From Candidatus Nanopelagicales bacterium (GTDB lineage Bacteria > Actinomycetota > Actinomycetes > S36-B12 > UBA5976): a stretch of DNA of 52,203 nt. The stretch's first letter is position 1. The number at the start of each line of letters is the position of its first letter. Location: assembly GCA_044239795.1 (NCBI GenBank), contig JBIIAS010000001.1:1-52203 (forward strand), in the 5' to 3' direction. The position numbers were made by a program, and so were the translations under genes. The notes beneath the pieces were generated by a model. That model was not told the DNA's origin and made no database searches. It worked only from the letters and a program-made list of their open reading frames with translations. This document shows, one piece after another, positions 19,636-27,694 of this stretch.

Positions 19636-21221
19636 ATAGTTTCAGGCTCTTCTATTCTCGGGAACATCGATTCACTCTTAGTGATCTTTACTCCCGGCTT
19701 CAACTGGCCCCAGGTGGCAACATCAATAAGTGAATTACTGATACCGGATTCAGCTGCGCCAATGTCAGTCCAGAGTGCGGACATGCTCTTTGGCATGATC
19801 GGCGTATACAAAATTGAAATAGCCCGCAAGGATTCGCAAACGGTGTAAAGAATTGTTGCTAGACGCAGTTTGCTGTCAACATCATCTTTTTTAGCAAGCG
19901 TCCAAGGTTCTTGCTCGGTCACATAGAGATTTACTGCATCAATGAATTCTTTGACCGCAACAATGCCGGTCTGAAAATCAAAGGCACGAATCGAAACATC
20001 TGCCTGAGCAGCAGTCTTTACCAATAAATCTGTTAAGACTTTTTCCGCTGCGGTAAGTTCACCAGGAGCTGGAAGCACGCTATCGAAGTTCTTTACAACC
20101 ATCGCTTGTACTCGACTAGCTAAGTTGCCTAGGCCATTGGCTAATTCCGATGTGTATCTAGCAATCAAGTCTTCCCAAGAAAATGAACCATCTTGACCAA
20201 AGATGATTGCCCGCATGAAGTAATAGCGGAAAGCGTCTGAACCAATCAAATCCACGATGCTTTGAGGTGAAATTCCTGTGAGTTTGCTCTTGCTCATTTT
20301 TTCGCCACCGACGAGTAACCAGCCATGCGCAAAGACACACTTAGGAAGCGGAAGGTCGGCTGCCATCAACATGGCTGGCCAAATAACAGCATGGAAACGC
20401 AAAATGTCTTTACCAACTAAATGCACATCTGCCGGCCAGGTTTCTGCAAACTTTTTTGCTCCATCACTTCCCGGTTCATCGCCTAGGCCAACTGCAGTTG
20501 CATAGTTGAGCAAGGCATCGAACCAGACGTAAACAACTTGTGATGGGTCCCAAGGAACTTCAATACCCCAGTCGAATGTGGAGCGCGAGATTGATAGATC
20601 TTGAAGTCCGGATCGCAAGAACGACATGACTTCGTTATAAGCAGATTCAGGTCGGATCGCCTGCGGGTTGGCTTCATAGTGCTTAATTAATGCATCCGCA
20701 TAAGCCGAGAGTTTAAAGAAGTAGTTCGTTTCACTGACTTGCTCAACTGGCTTCGAGTGAATTGGGCAAAGCTTTTCATCACCATTGCCATCAATTAAGT
20801 CGCCAGGAAGTTTAAACTCCTCGCAGCCTACGCAATATGGACCTTCGTAAGAACCTTCATAGATATGTCCAGCATCCTTTAGCTGAGACAAAAACCTCTG
20901 AACACGTTTCGTGTGGCGTTCTTGGGTAGTTCTGATGAAGTCATCATTGGCTGCATCAATTACATCTAGTACTGGCATCCAGGCATCAGCGACCAGTTTG
21001 TCAGCCCAAGCTTGCGGGGCAACGCTATTTGCTTCGGCCGTGCGCAAAACTTTTTGACCATGCTCATCAGTTCCAGTTAAAAACCAAACGTCTTCGCCAG
21101 CCATGCGATGCCAGCGGGTCATAACGTCACCAGCGACAGTTGTGTATGCGTGTCCGATGTGAGGGGCGTCATTTACGTAGTAAATAGGCGTTGTCAGGTA
21201 GAACGCTTTGGCACTGGTCAT
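19632..21221 (-). CDS. metG: Methionine--tRNA ligase
   Basis: 529 aa. HIGH-type motif PHIGHAYT, KMSKS motif, and a CxxC/C..H zinc knuckle (CVGCEEF...CPIH). Confidence 0.95.
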   Translation of the reverse strand: MTSAKAFYLTTPIYYVNDAPHIGHAYTTVAGDVMTRWHRMAGEDVWFLTGTDEHGQKVLRTAEANSVAPQAWADKLVADAWMPVLDVIDAANDDFIRTTQERHTKRVQRFLSQLKDAGHIYEGSYEGPYCVGCEEFKLPGDLIDGNGDEKLCPIHSKPVEQVSETNYFFKLSAYADALIKHYEANPQAIRPESAYNEVMSFLRSGLQDLSISRSTFDWGIEVPWDPSQVVYVWFDALLNYATAVGLGDEPGSDGAKKFAETWPADVHLVGKDILRFHAVIWPAMLMAADLPLPKCVFAHGWLLVGGEKMSKSKLTGISPQSIVDLIGSDAFRYYFMRAIIFGQDGSFSWEDLIARYTSELANGLGNLASRVQAMVVKNFDSVLPAPGELTAAEKVLTDLLVKTAAQADVSIRAFDFQTGIVAVKEFIDAVNLYVTEQEPWTLAKKDDVDSKLRLATILYTVCESLRAISILYTPIMPKSMSALWTDIGAAESGISNSLIDVATWGQLKPGVKITKSESMFPRIEEPETI

Positions 21222-21246
21222 GCGATAAGTCTAGAGCGAATTTGGA

Positions 21247-22131
21247 TTAACTCTTTCGCTGCCTTTGATCAGCCAGAACCGCGTCGTAAACATCTCTCTT
21301 TGGCACACCTAGTTCTCGAGCAACAGCTGCGATGGCATCACGTTGGGTCTCACCAACTTCAACCCGAGTTGCAACCAGAGCAACCCAATCTTGCGCCGTT
21401 GTTTCAGGTAGTGGTTGGGCACCGGAAATAACCAAAGTGACTTCGCCAAGAATGTCGCGATTACTCCACGCAACCAACTCAGCAAGGGTTCCACGCACGA
21501 CTTCTTCGTAAGTTTTGGTTAGCTCGCGACAAATCACGCCTTGTCGATCAGAGCCAAACACCGCCTCTAGATCAACTAGTGAATCAATTAAGCGATGTGG
21601 GGCTTCGAAGAAAACCATAGTTCGCTGTTCATGCAACAACACCTCACACAGAGTGCGGCGTTCGCCAGATTTTCTGGGTAAGAAACCTTCAAATGTAAAT
21701 CGATCAACTGGAAGTCCACTTACTGCCAGTGCTGCCAGAACTGCCGAAGGTCCGGGAATAACTGAGAACTTTACATTTGCAGCTATGGCTTCTTGCACTA
21801 GTCGATATCCGGGATCACTAACACTTGGCATTCCTGCATCAGAAATCATGACGACAGTCTCGCCAGAGAGCACTCGAGCAATTAACTCTGGGCTTTTGGC
21901 CTCTTCGACTGCATCGTAAAACGACCAAATTTGCGCCTGAGTTGAGATTCCTAAATCTGAAAGTAAGCGATGTGCTCGCCTAGAATCCTCGGCAGCAATA
22001 ATGTTTGCGGTTTCTAGTACTTCCCGCAATCGTGCTGAGGCGTCACCAATGTTTCCAATTGGTGTACCGGCGAGAAAAAGCTGACCTGACACCCCTCTAT
22101 CATTCCTTAAATCGGACCAAGCCAGAATCAT
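21247..22131 (-). CDS. rsmI: 16S rRNA (cytidine1402-2'-O)-methyltransferase
   Basis: 294 aa. Motif LFLAGTPIGNIGDAS plus tetrapyrrole-methylase-fold sequence. The start is uncertain (ATG 22131 or GTG 22092). Confidence 0.88.
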   Translation of the reverse strand: MILAWSDLRNDRGVSGQLFLAGTPIGNIGDASARLREVLETANIIAAEDSRRAHRLLSDLGISTQAQIWSFYDAVEEAKSPELIARVLSGETVVMISDAGMPSVSDPGYRLVQEAIAANVKFSVIPGPSAVLAALAVSGLPVDRFTFEGFLPRKSGERRTLCEVLLHEQRTMVFFEAPHRLIDSLVDLEAVFGSDRQGVICRELTKTYEEVVRGTLAELVAWSNRDILGEVTLVISGAQPLPETTAQDWVALVATRVEVGETQRDAIAAVARELGVPKRDVYDAVLADQRQRKS

Positions 22132-22144
22132 TCCTTAAATCGGA
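22099..22144. repeat. Perfect 18-bp direct repeat (ATCATTCCTTAAATCGGA) x2, 28-bp period
   Basis: Copies at 22099-22116 and 22127-22144, read directly. On the minus strand each copy carries AAGGAATG (SD-like plus ATG). Confidence 0.9.
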
Positions 22145-22166
22145 ACAACTCCTGTACTTTTAAGCA

Positions 22167-23654
22167 GTGGAGACAACTGAAGTGACCGAGCCGGTTCAAT
22201 CGCGGCGTGCTCCGTTTGATCTGGATCTAAAGACCAAGCCTGCTGGTGGGTGGGCTGGTTGGAGTGGTCCATTGGCGGCTACTGGATTAGCGGCTATTTT
22301 GCGCCTGCCTTATTTAGGTCAACCGCATGCCGTGATCTTTGATGAAACTTACTACGTTAAGGATTCATTGGCGCTCTTAAGTTTTGGCCACGAACGCAAA
22401 GTTATTGAAAATGCTGATGCAACTTTATTGGCAAGTGGTGGTGAAAACTTCGCAAGCATCTTTACTGATGCTGCCTCTTATATAGTTCACCCGCCTGTTG
22501 GCAAGTGGGTTATTGCCAGTGGCGAAGCAATGTTTGGGGCAACTCCATTTGGTTGGAGAATCGCGATTGCCATTCTGGGAATTCTTAGCGTGTTACTTAC
22601 TGCGCGAATCGCCCGCAGGCTGACTAATTCCAATTTCATCGGAACAGTTGCAGGTTTGCTTCTTGCGCTAGATGGTTTACACATAGCAATGAGTCGAACT
22701 GCATTACTCGATACGTCATTGTCATTCTTTGTGCTTTGTGCCTTTGGTTTTCTAATTATGGATCGTGATTCCGCAAATTCTGATGGTTCCAAGTATTGGC
22801 GTTGGGCCATGGTCGCTGCACTTGGGTTAGCCTGCGCAACTAAATGGAGTGGTGTCTATTTCGCAGCCGCCTTTGGAATTCTGATGCTGGTTTGGGATTT
22901 TGAACGACGAAGTAAACGCCTGGAAGGCACTCAAGTTTGGCTAACTAAAGATTTCTTACCAGCTCTACTTATGCCATTTGCAATCATTTCGATTTACATT
23001 GCGAGTTGGATTGGCTGGTTTAGAAGTTCAGGCGGTTGGAATAGAAACTGGGCTCAAGAAAATGATGTGACGTCTTGGGTGCCCGAAGCTTTGGTTAGCT
23101 TGTTTCACTATCACAAAGATATGTTGAGTTTTCATACGAACTTGGTAACCCCACACAGTTACTCATCCAGCCCGTGGTCTTGGCCGTTAATGATCAGGCC
23201 GACGAGTTTTTACTATGAAACTGCACCAACCTGTGGCGCCGACAAATGTTCACAAGAAGTAATTCCACTTGGTAATCCTTTGATCTGGTGGGCCGGCGTT
23301 ATCGCACTAGCAATCATCGTTTACTTTGCAGTTGCCCGCAGGCACAGTGCCGCACTTCCAATTTCTGTGGCGTTTGCTGCCGGTTGGGTGCCTTGGTTGT
23401 TCTTTCCAGAACGAACCACATTCAGCTTCTACTCAGTCGCCTTCATTCCCTACACCGTTATGGCGTTGGCGATCGTGCTTTATCTAGCAAATGAAAGAGT
23501 GCAGGTCGATAAACCGATAGCTTGGCGCTGGCCAACGCTAACTTTCTTAATTGTGACTGCAGTGCTCGCTGCATTCTTCTACCCGATCTTGACTGGACAC
23601 TCGATTAGTTATGAAATGTGGCAATTGCGAATGTGGCTTCCAAGCTGGGTTTAG
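22167..23654 (+). CDS. pmt: Dolichyl/polyprenyl-phosphate-mannose protein O-mannosyltransferase (GT39)
   Basis: 495 aa polytopic membrane protein. Motif VIFDETYYVKDS after TM1 is typical of actinobacterial Pmt. Divergent from rsmI, as in mycobacteria. Confidence 0.85.
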   Translation: METTEVTEPVQSRRAPFDLDLKTKPAGGWAGWSGPLAATGLAAILRLPYLGQPHAVIFDETYYVKDSLALLSFGHERKVIENADATLLASGGENFASIFTDAASYIVHPPVGKWVIASGEAMFGATPFGWRIAIAILGILSVLLTARIARRLTNSNFIGTVAGLLLALDGLHIAMSRTALLDTSLSFFVLCAFGFLIMDRDSANSDGSKYWRWAMVAALGLACATKWSGVYFAAAFGILMLVWDFERRSKRLEGTQVWLTKDFLPALLMPFAIISIYIASWIGWFRSSGGWNRNWAQENDVTSWVPEALVSLFHYHKDMLSFHTNLVTPHSYSSSPWSWPLMIRPTSFYYETAPTCGADKCSQEVIPLGNPLIWWAGVIALAIIVYFAVARRHSAALPISVAFAAGWVPWLFFPERTTFSFYSVAFIPYTVMALAIVLYLANERVQVDKPIAWRWPTLTFLIVTAVLAAFFYPILTGHSISYEMWQLRMWLPSWV

Positions 23655-23711
23655 CCAGCTCTAATAAGCATTGTGGGTTTAGCCCACTCGAATAAGCGCT
23701 GTGGGTTTAGC
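23646..23711. repeat. 28-bp-period tandem repeat, about 2.4 copies, core TGGGTTTAGC
   Basis: Cores at 23646, 23674 and 23702. AATAAGC is also repeated (23663, 23691). Units 1 and 2 are identical at 23 of 28 positions. Confidence 0.85.
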
Positions 23712-25899
23712 TGCTAATTGCCTTGAAAGATCGAAGCCGCAAACTGTTGGTCACTACAAAGACGCTCGAGAACGCCATTGCAGCTGCTGCAATAACTGGA
23801 CCAAGTAATCCGAGCATTGCCAGTGGAATTGCTGCAACGTTGTAAGCAAAGGCCCAGAACAAGTTGATCTTGATAGTTCGCATAGTTGCGCGTGATAACT
23901 CGATTGCATCAACTGCTGCACCCATCGTCGAACGTAACAACACGATGTCAGCAGCGCTAGCTGCTACATCGGCGCCAGTGCCCATAGCCAAACTTAAGTG
24001 GGCTTTAGCTAGCGCAGCTGCATCATTGATGCCGTCTCCGATCATTGCCACAAAGTGACCATCGTTTTGATTTGCCGAAACTAGTTCAAGTTTTTCCGCT
24101 GGTGAACTATTTGCGTAGAACTGAGTTATGGCCAACTGCCGACTAACTTTTTCAACTGCCACTTGATTGTCGCCCGAGGCCACAATCGGAGTGATCTTCA
24201 ACTTTTGTAGATGCGCTAAGGCAGGAATGGCACTTGGATCTAGAGCATCGGCTAATGCAATCACGGCAACTGCGTAGGCATCACGATAAACAATAACCAC
24301 GCTGTCGCCGCGAGCTTGGAACCTTTCGGCCGCCTGAGCAAACTCGCCTTCTGGAGTGCCCAACCATTTCGGGGATCCTAGGGCGCAAGGATGACCGGCT
24401 ACTAAGCCCTGAACTCCTGAACCACCAACGGTGTGAACTTTTGTTGCTGTTTCTTTAATGAATTCAAACTTGCGCGCATGAGTTCGCAGACTGGTAGCGA
24501 TTGGATGGGTTGAGCTTGCTTCTAGCGAATCAACAATTTGCCAAAGTTCGGTCGGTTCAATCGTGGTGAAAACTTCAACGACGCTCATTCGACCGTCAGT
24601 CAAAGTTCCAGTTTTGTCCATGATCATGACATCAATTTTTTGACTGGACTCGATGGCATGCGGACCGCGAATCAATATTCCAAGTTGAGCTCCCCGACCA
24701 GTTCCAACTAGCAATGCTGTTGGAGTAGCAAGTCCGAGTGCGCATGGGCATGCAATAACTAAGACTGCGATTCCTGTTGTGATGGCCAAACCTGAATCGC
24801 CAGAAACCACAAACCAAGTGACCGCGGTAACCAGAGCGAGCGCAACCACAATTGGCACAAAGATTTCAGAGACTCGATCTACTAACCGGGTAACTTCTGC
24901 TTTTCCAGTTTGCGCTTGATGCACAAGCCTTGAGATACCTGAAAGCACGGTGTCTTTGCCAACTGCCTTAGCTTGAATCGTGAGCGCGGTGTCAATCAAA
25001 ACTGTGGCACCGATTACGTCATCACCTTCAGTCACAGCCACTGGAAGTGACTCACCAGTCACCAAAGAATTATCAACATGCCCTGATCCAGAAACCACGA
25101 TTGAATCTACTGGGATCTGGCTTCCAGTTGGGACATAAATCAAGTCTCCAACCTTTACATCCTCAATTGGAGTCTCAACTTGATCGCTATCTTTTATGAC
25201 AAGGGCAAACTTTGGATTTAGGCTGGCCAAATTCTCAATTGCTTTTTGGGATTGTTCACGAGCTCGGTGTTCAAGAAACTTTCCAAGTAGGACCAGTGTT
25301 GTAACGCCAGCAGCTACTTCGAAATAAAGTTCGGGGTGTGCAGAAGTGCTTCTAGTTGGGAAAAACTCCGCACTCATTTTCATACCGACAGCTCCGGCCG
25401 CAGTAAACAAAACTGCCCACATAGACCAGAGGTAAGAAACCAAAACACCCAGACTTACCAATGAATCCATCGTCACCGCGCGATGGCGTGCATTTAGGAA
25501 AGCGGCTCGATGAAAGGGCCAGGCTCCCCAAATTGCAACTGGAGTTGCCAGTGCGGCACAAACCCATTGCCAATATGAGAACTGCATTGAAGGCATCATC
25601 GAAAGTGTCATGAGCGGAATAGTCAGTGCCGCAGAAACTATCAATCTGATGCGAAACTCACGCACTCCGTAAAGCTCAACGGCTTTGCCAGAAATCGATG
25701 CGGTGTATCCAGTCTTTTCAATCGCAGCAATGAGCTCTTCATTTGTAACGTCTGGATCAACATCGGCAAATGCTACGCCAGTGGCATAGTTAACTGAGGC
25801 GCGAACGCCATCAAGTTTCTCTAAGGATTTTTCAACACGACGTGAACATGAAGCACAGGTCATTCCACCTACGCTGAGCTCAACGCTTCTGGCTGACAT
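23707..25899 (-). CDS. copA: Copper-translocating P1B-type ATPase
   Basis: 730 aa. N-terminal GMTCASC metal-binding domain; TM CPC motif (ACPCALGLATP); DKTGTLT; STHPIA (HP); GDGINDA. Confidence 0.92.
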   Translation of the reverse strand: MSARSVELSVGGMTCASCSRRVEKSLEKLDGVRASVNYATGVAFADVDPDVTNEELIAAIEKTGYTASISGKAVELYGVREFRIRLIVSAALTIPLMTLSMMPSMQFSYWQWVCAALATPVAIWGAWPFHRAAFLNARHRAVTMDSLVSLGVLVSYLWSMWAVLFTAAGAVGMKMSAEFFPTRSTSAHPELYFEVAAGVTTLVLLGKFLEHRAREQSQKAIENLASLNPKFALVIKDSDQVETPIEDVKVGDLIYVPTGSQIPVDSIVVSGSGHVDNSLVTGESLPVAVTEGDDVIGATVLIDTALTIQAKAVGKDTVLSGISRLVHQAQTGKAEVTRLVDRVSEIFVPIVVALALVTAVTWFVVSGDSGLAITTGIAVLVIACPCALGLATPTALLVGTGRGAQLGILIRGPHAIESSQKIDVMIMDKTGTLTDGRMSVVEVFTTIEPTELWQIVDSLEASSTHPIATSLRTHARKFEFIKETATKVHTVGGSGVQGLVAGHPCALGSPKWLGTPEGEFAQAAERFQARGDSVVIVYRDAYAVAVIALADALDPSAIPALAHLQKLKITPIVASGDNQVAVEKVSRQLAITQFYANSSPAEKLELVSANQNDGHFVAMIGDGINDAAALAKAHLSLAMGTGADVAASAADIVLLRSTMGAAVDAIELSRATMRTIKINLFWAFAYNVAAIPLAMLGLLGPVIAAAAMAFSSVFVVTNSLRLRSFKAISS

Positions 25900-26105
25900 T
25901 AGCTAGGAACGAGCTCGTAACCGGCTTCATCGATCGCGGTAGCCAGTTGCGCTTGTTCCAGCGCAGCATCAGAAGTAATCGTGACCTGACCAGATTCCAA
26001 ATCAACTTCAACTTCGGTAACTGAAGGTAGTAGTGACAGCTCCATAGTTACTGCGGAAATGCAGTGTCCACAGGTCATTCCTGACACATTAATTGTGGTT
26101 TGCAT
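25899..26105 (-). CDS. copZ: Heavy-metal-associated copper chaperone
   Basis: 68 aa with GMTCGHC. Its stop overlaps the copA ATG (TAATG). Confidence 0.85.
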   Translation of the reverse strand: MQTTINVSGMTCGHCISAVTMELSLLPSVTEVEVDLESGQVTITSDAALEQAQLATAIDEAGYELVPS

Positions 26106-26112
26106 TTCGTTC

Positions 26113-26144
26113 TCCTTCGCTTGAGTTAATTGTACTGCGAAGGG
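26113..26144 (-). promoter_or_regulatory. Hairpin enclosing the copZ Shine-Dalgarno sequence
   Basis: mRNA sense: CCCTTCGC-16 nt-GCGAAGGA, then GAACGAA-AUG. The 3' arm contains GAAGGAG. It starts 1-2 nt after the stop of the upstream membrane-protein gene. Confidence 0.5.
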
Positions 26145-26145
26145 A

Positions 26146-26874
26146 TTATTCGTTTACTGCGCGCTTTTCTGCAACTTCTGGATAAGTTTGTGCTGCTGCC
26201 AGCGCTGCCTTGCGGGCCTTTTCCATTGCAATCGCACGCGCTTCTTCTAGGCGCTTTTGCGATTCTTGAATCCGGGCAGCTCGCTGGGATTTAAGAAGTT
26301 CGGCTTGTTCCACCATGTCTTGACCAGTCCATGGTTTTTCAGAGTCAATTACTCGGGAATATGCGGTTGCTTTGTCGGCACTTACATATGAAGGTAGTGG
26401 TGTCTCAATTGGTTGCCAGGTGCGCCGAGATTCCGTAACAGTTTCGGTCAACGCAACAACTTCTGTCCGATGAACTGGGGCTGCAGATTGAGTACGTGGT
26501 GCTGTTTCATCCTGCGCTTGTTTCTGAAGTATCGATCGTGGCGCATACTTGGCGTTACGAGCAGCCACCGCAGCAAAGCCAACAATCAATAATGTTGGAG
26601 CGGCGATCCAAAAGACTGAAATTCTGCCAGCTGCACCTAAAACGATTGTTGCTACCAACGCAGTAAACAAAACCATTGCGACTCTGCGTCTACGAACGAA
26701 TGCAAGTTCACGCGAAGACATAGGTTCTCGTTGTTGCCAGCGCCATTTGATTGCTGATTCGCCTTCTTCGCGAAGTCCCTTTTCAGCTTGAGCCCGATCG
26801 TGACTCTTTAGCCAGATTGGAACTAAGACAACGGCCCACATCACGATAACGATGAGATATAACAAGCCGGTCAT
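26146..26874 (-). CDS. Membrane protein with cytoplasmic coiled-coil tail; tentatively GlpR/SepX-like division protein
   Basis: 242 aa. N-terminal TM LLYLIVIVMWAVVLVPIWL, two further TM helices around residues 65-105, and a charged helical C-terminus. Lies next to the rimJ-like GNAT and moeA-like gene, as in Corynebacteriales glp-rimJ-glpR clusters (from memory). Confidence 0.55.
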   Translation of the reverse strand: MTGLLYLIVIVMWAVVLVPIWLKSHDRAQAEKGLREEGESAIKWRWQQREPMSSRELAFVRRRRVAMVLFTALVATIVLGAAGRISVFWIAAPTLLIVGFAAVAARNAKYAPRSILQKQAQDETAPRTQSAAPVHRTEVVALTETVTESRRTWQPIETPLPSYVSADKATAYSRVIDSEKPWTGQDMVEQAELLKSQRAARIQESQKRLEEARAIAMEKARKAALAAAQTYPEVAEKRAVNE

Positions 26875-26944
26875 GAGTATTTACGTTACGGCGTAAATCC
26901 CAATATCTTCCGGAACTAAAGGGGTATTGGGTGCTCGTGTCGCA

Positions 26945-27532
26945 TTAACTGAAAATGTGATCGATCACTGACCCTGAGATTGTGTCTGGCATCATGACGT
27001 AAATATTGTGATCTCGCCACTGACGATTGATGTGCAAGAAGGCTGGTCGGACACCCTCAAAGGTGTAACCCAAACGAATTGCCAAGCGATTACTTGGAAT
27101 ATTCTCTGGTCGTACAGCGATCTCAATTCGGTGCAGTTTCAAGGTTTGGAGTAGGTGGTCTGTAACCAAAGCTGCGGCAGTTGTCATAACCCGCTTGTCC
27201 GAAGCTGATTCATCTATCCAATAGCCGAAGTGACATCCTCTGAGTGAGCCGTACGTTATGTCCGAAACGTTGATTTGGCCCACGAACTTTCCTTGGTAGT
27301 CAACCACAAAGGGCATCGTGCGACCATCTCGCGCCTCGGCCAACATTCGTTTAGCGCTTTGCCTGAAGGTGGGTGGTGGCTCGACGCTTGGCATCGGAGA
27401 AGTGGCTTCCCATTCTTGTAGCCAATCATTATTGTTCTGTCGCAACTGTTGCCAACGTCTGGAGTCACGAACCCGCAATGGTCTAACGGTTACATCACCA
27501 TGGCTCAAAGTAGCCGGCCAAGCTTTTGTCAC
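26945..27532 (-). CDS. GNAT family N-acetyltransferase (RimJ-like)
   Basis: 195 aa. Acetyltransferase core HFGYWIDE...HRIEIAVRPENIPSNRLAIRLGYTFEG. GTG start. Confidence 0.85.
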   Translation of the reverse strand: MTKAWPATLSHGDVTVRPLRVRDSRRWQQLRQNNNDWLQEWEATSPMPSVEPPPTFRQSAKRMLAEARDGRTMPFVVDYQGKFVGQINVSDITYGSLRGCHFGYWIDESASDKRVMTTAAALVTDHLLQTLKLHRIEIAVRPENIPSNRLAIRLGYTFEGVRPAFLHINRQWRDHNIYVMMPDTISGSVIDHIFS

Positions 27533-27694
27533 TTATTTACCCCTGTTTGCTCATTGCCATAGTTAACTCATTTCTATCGAGGAGATCCAAAAAAAATTGC
27601 TTTCAATTGTAATATTTAGAAATCGATTGCGCCGACACTTTGCAGTTATGCACTTTAATGGAACGCTACCTTGACCCAACTCGAAGGAACATGG

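Noticed and set aside
22099-23711. CRISPR-like reading of the two 28-bp-period repeats flanking pmt
   Set aside because: There are only 2-3 copies each. The two repeat families are unrelated to each other and have no spacer/repeat architecture. No cas genes are present.
26106-26145. CopY cop box or CsoR operator upstream of copZ
   Set aside because: GTACAATTAAC matches only half of TACAnnTGTA, and no GC-rich CsoR-type pseudo-palindrome is present.
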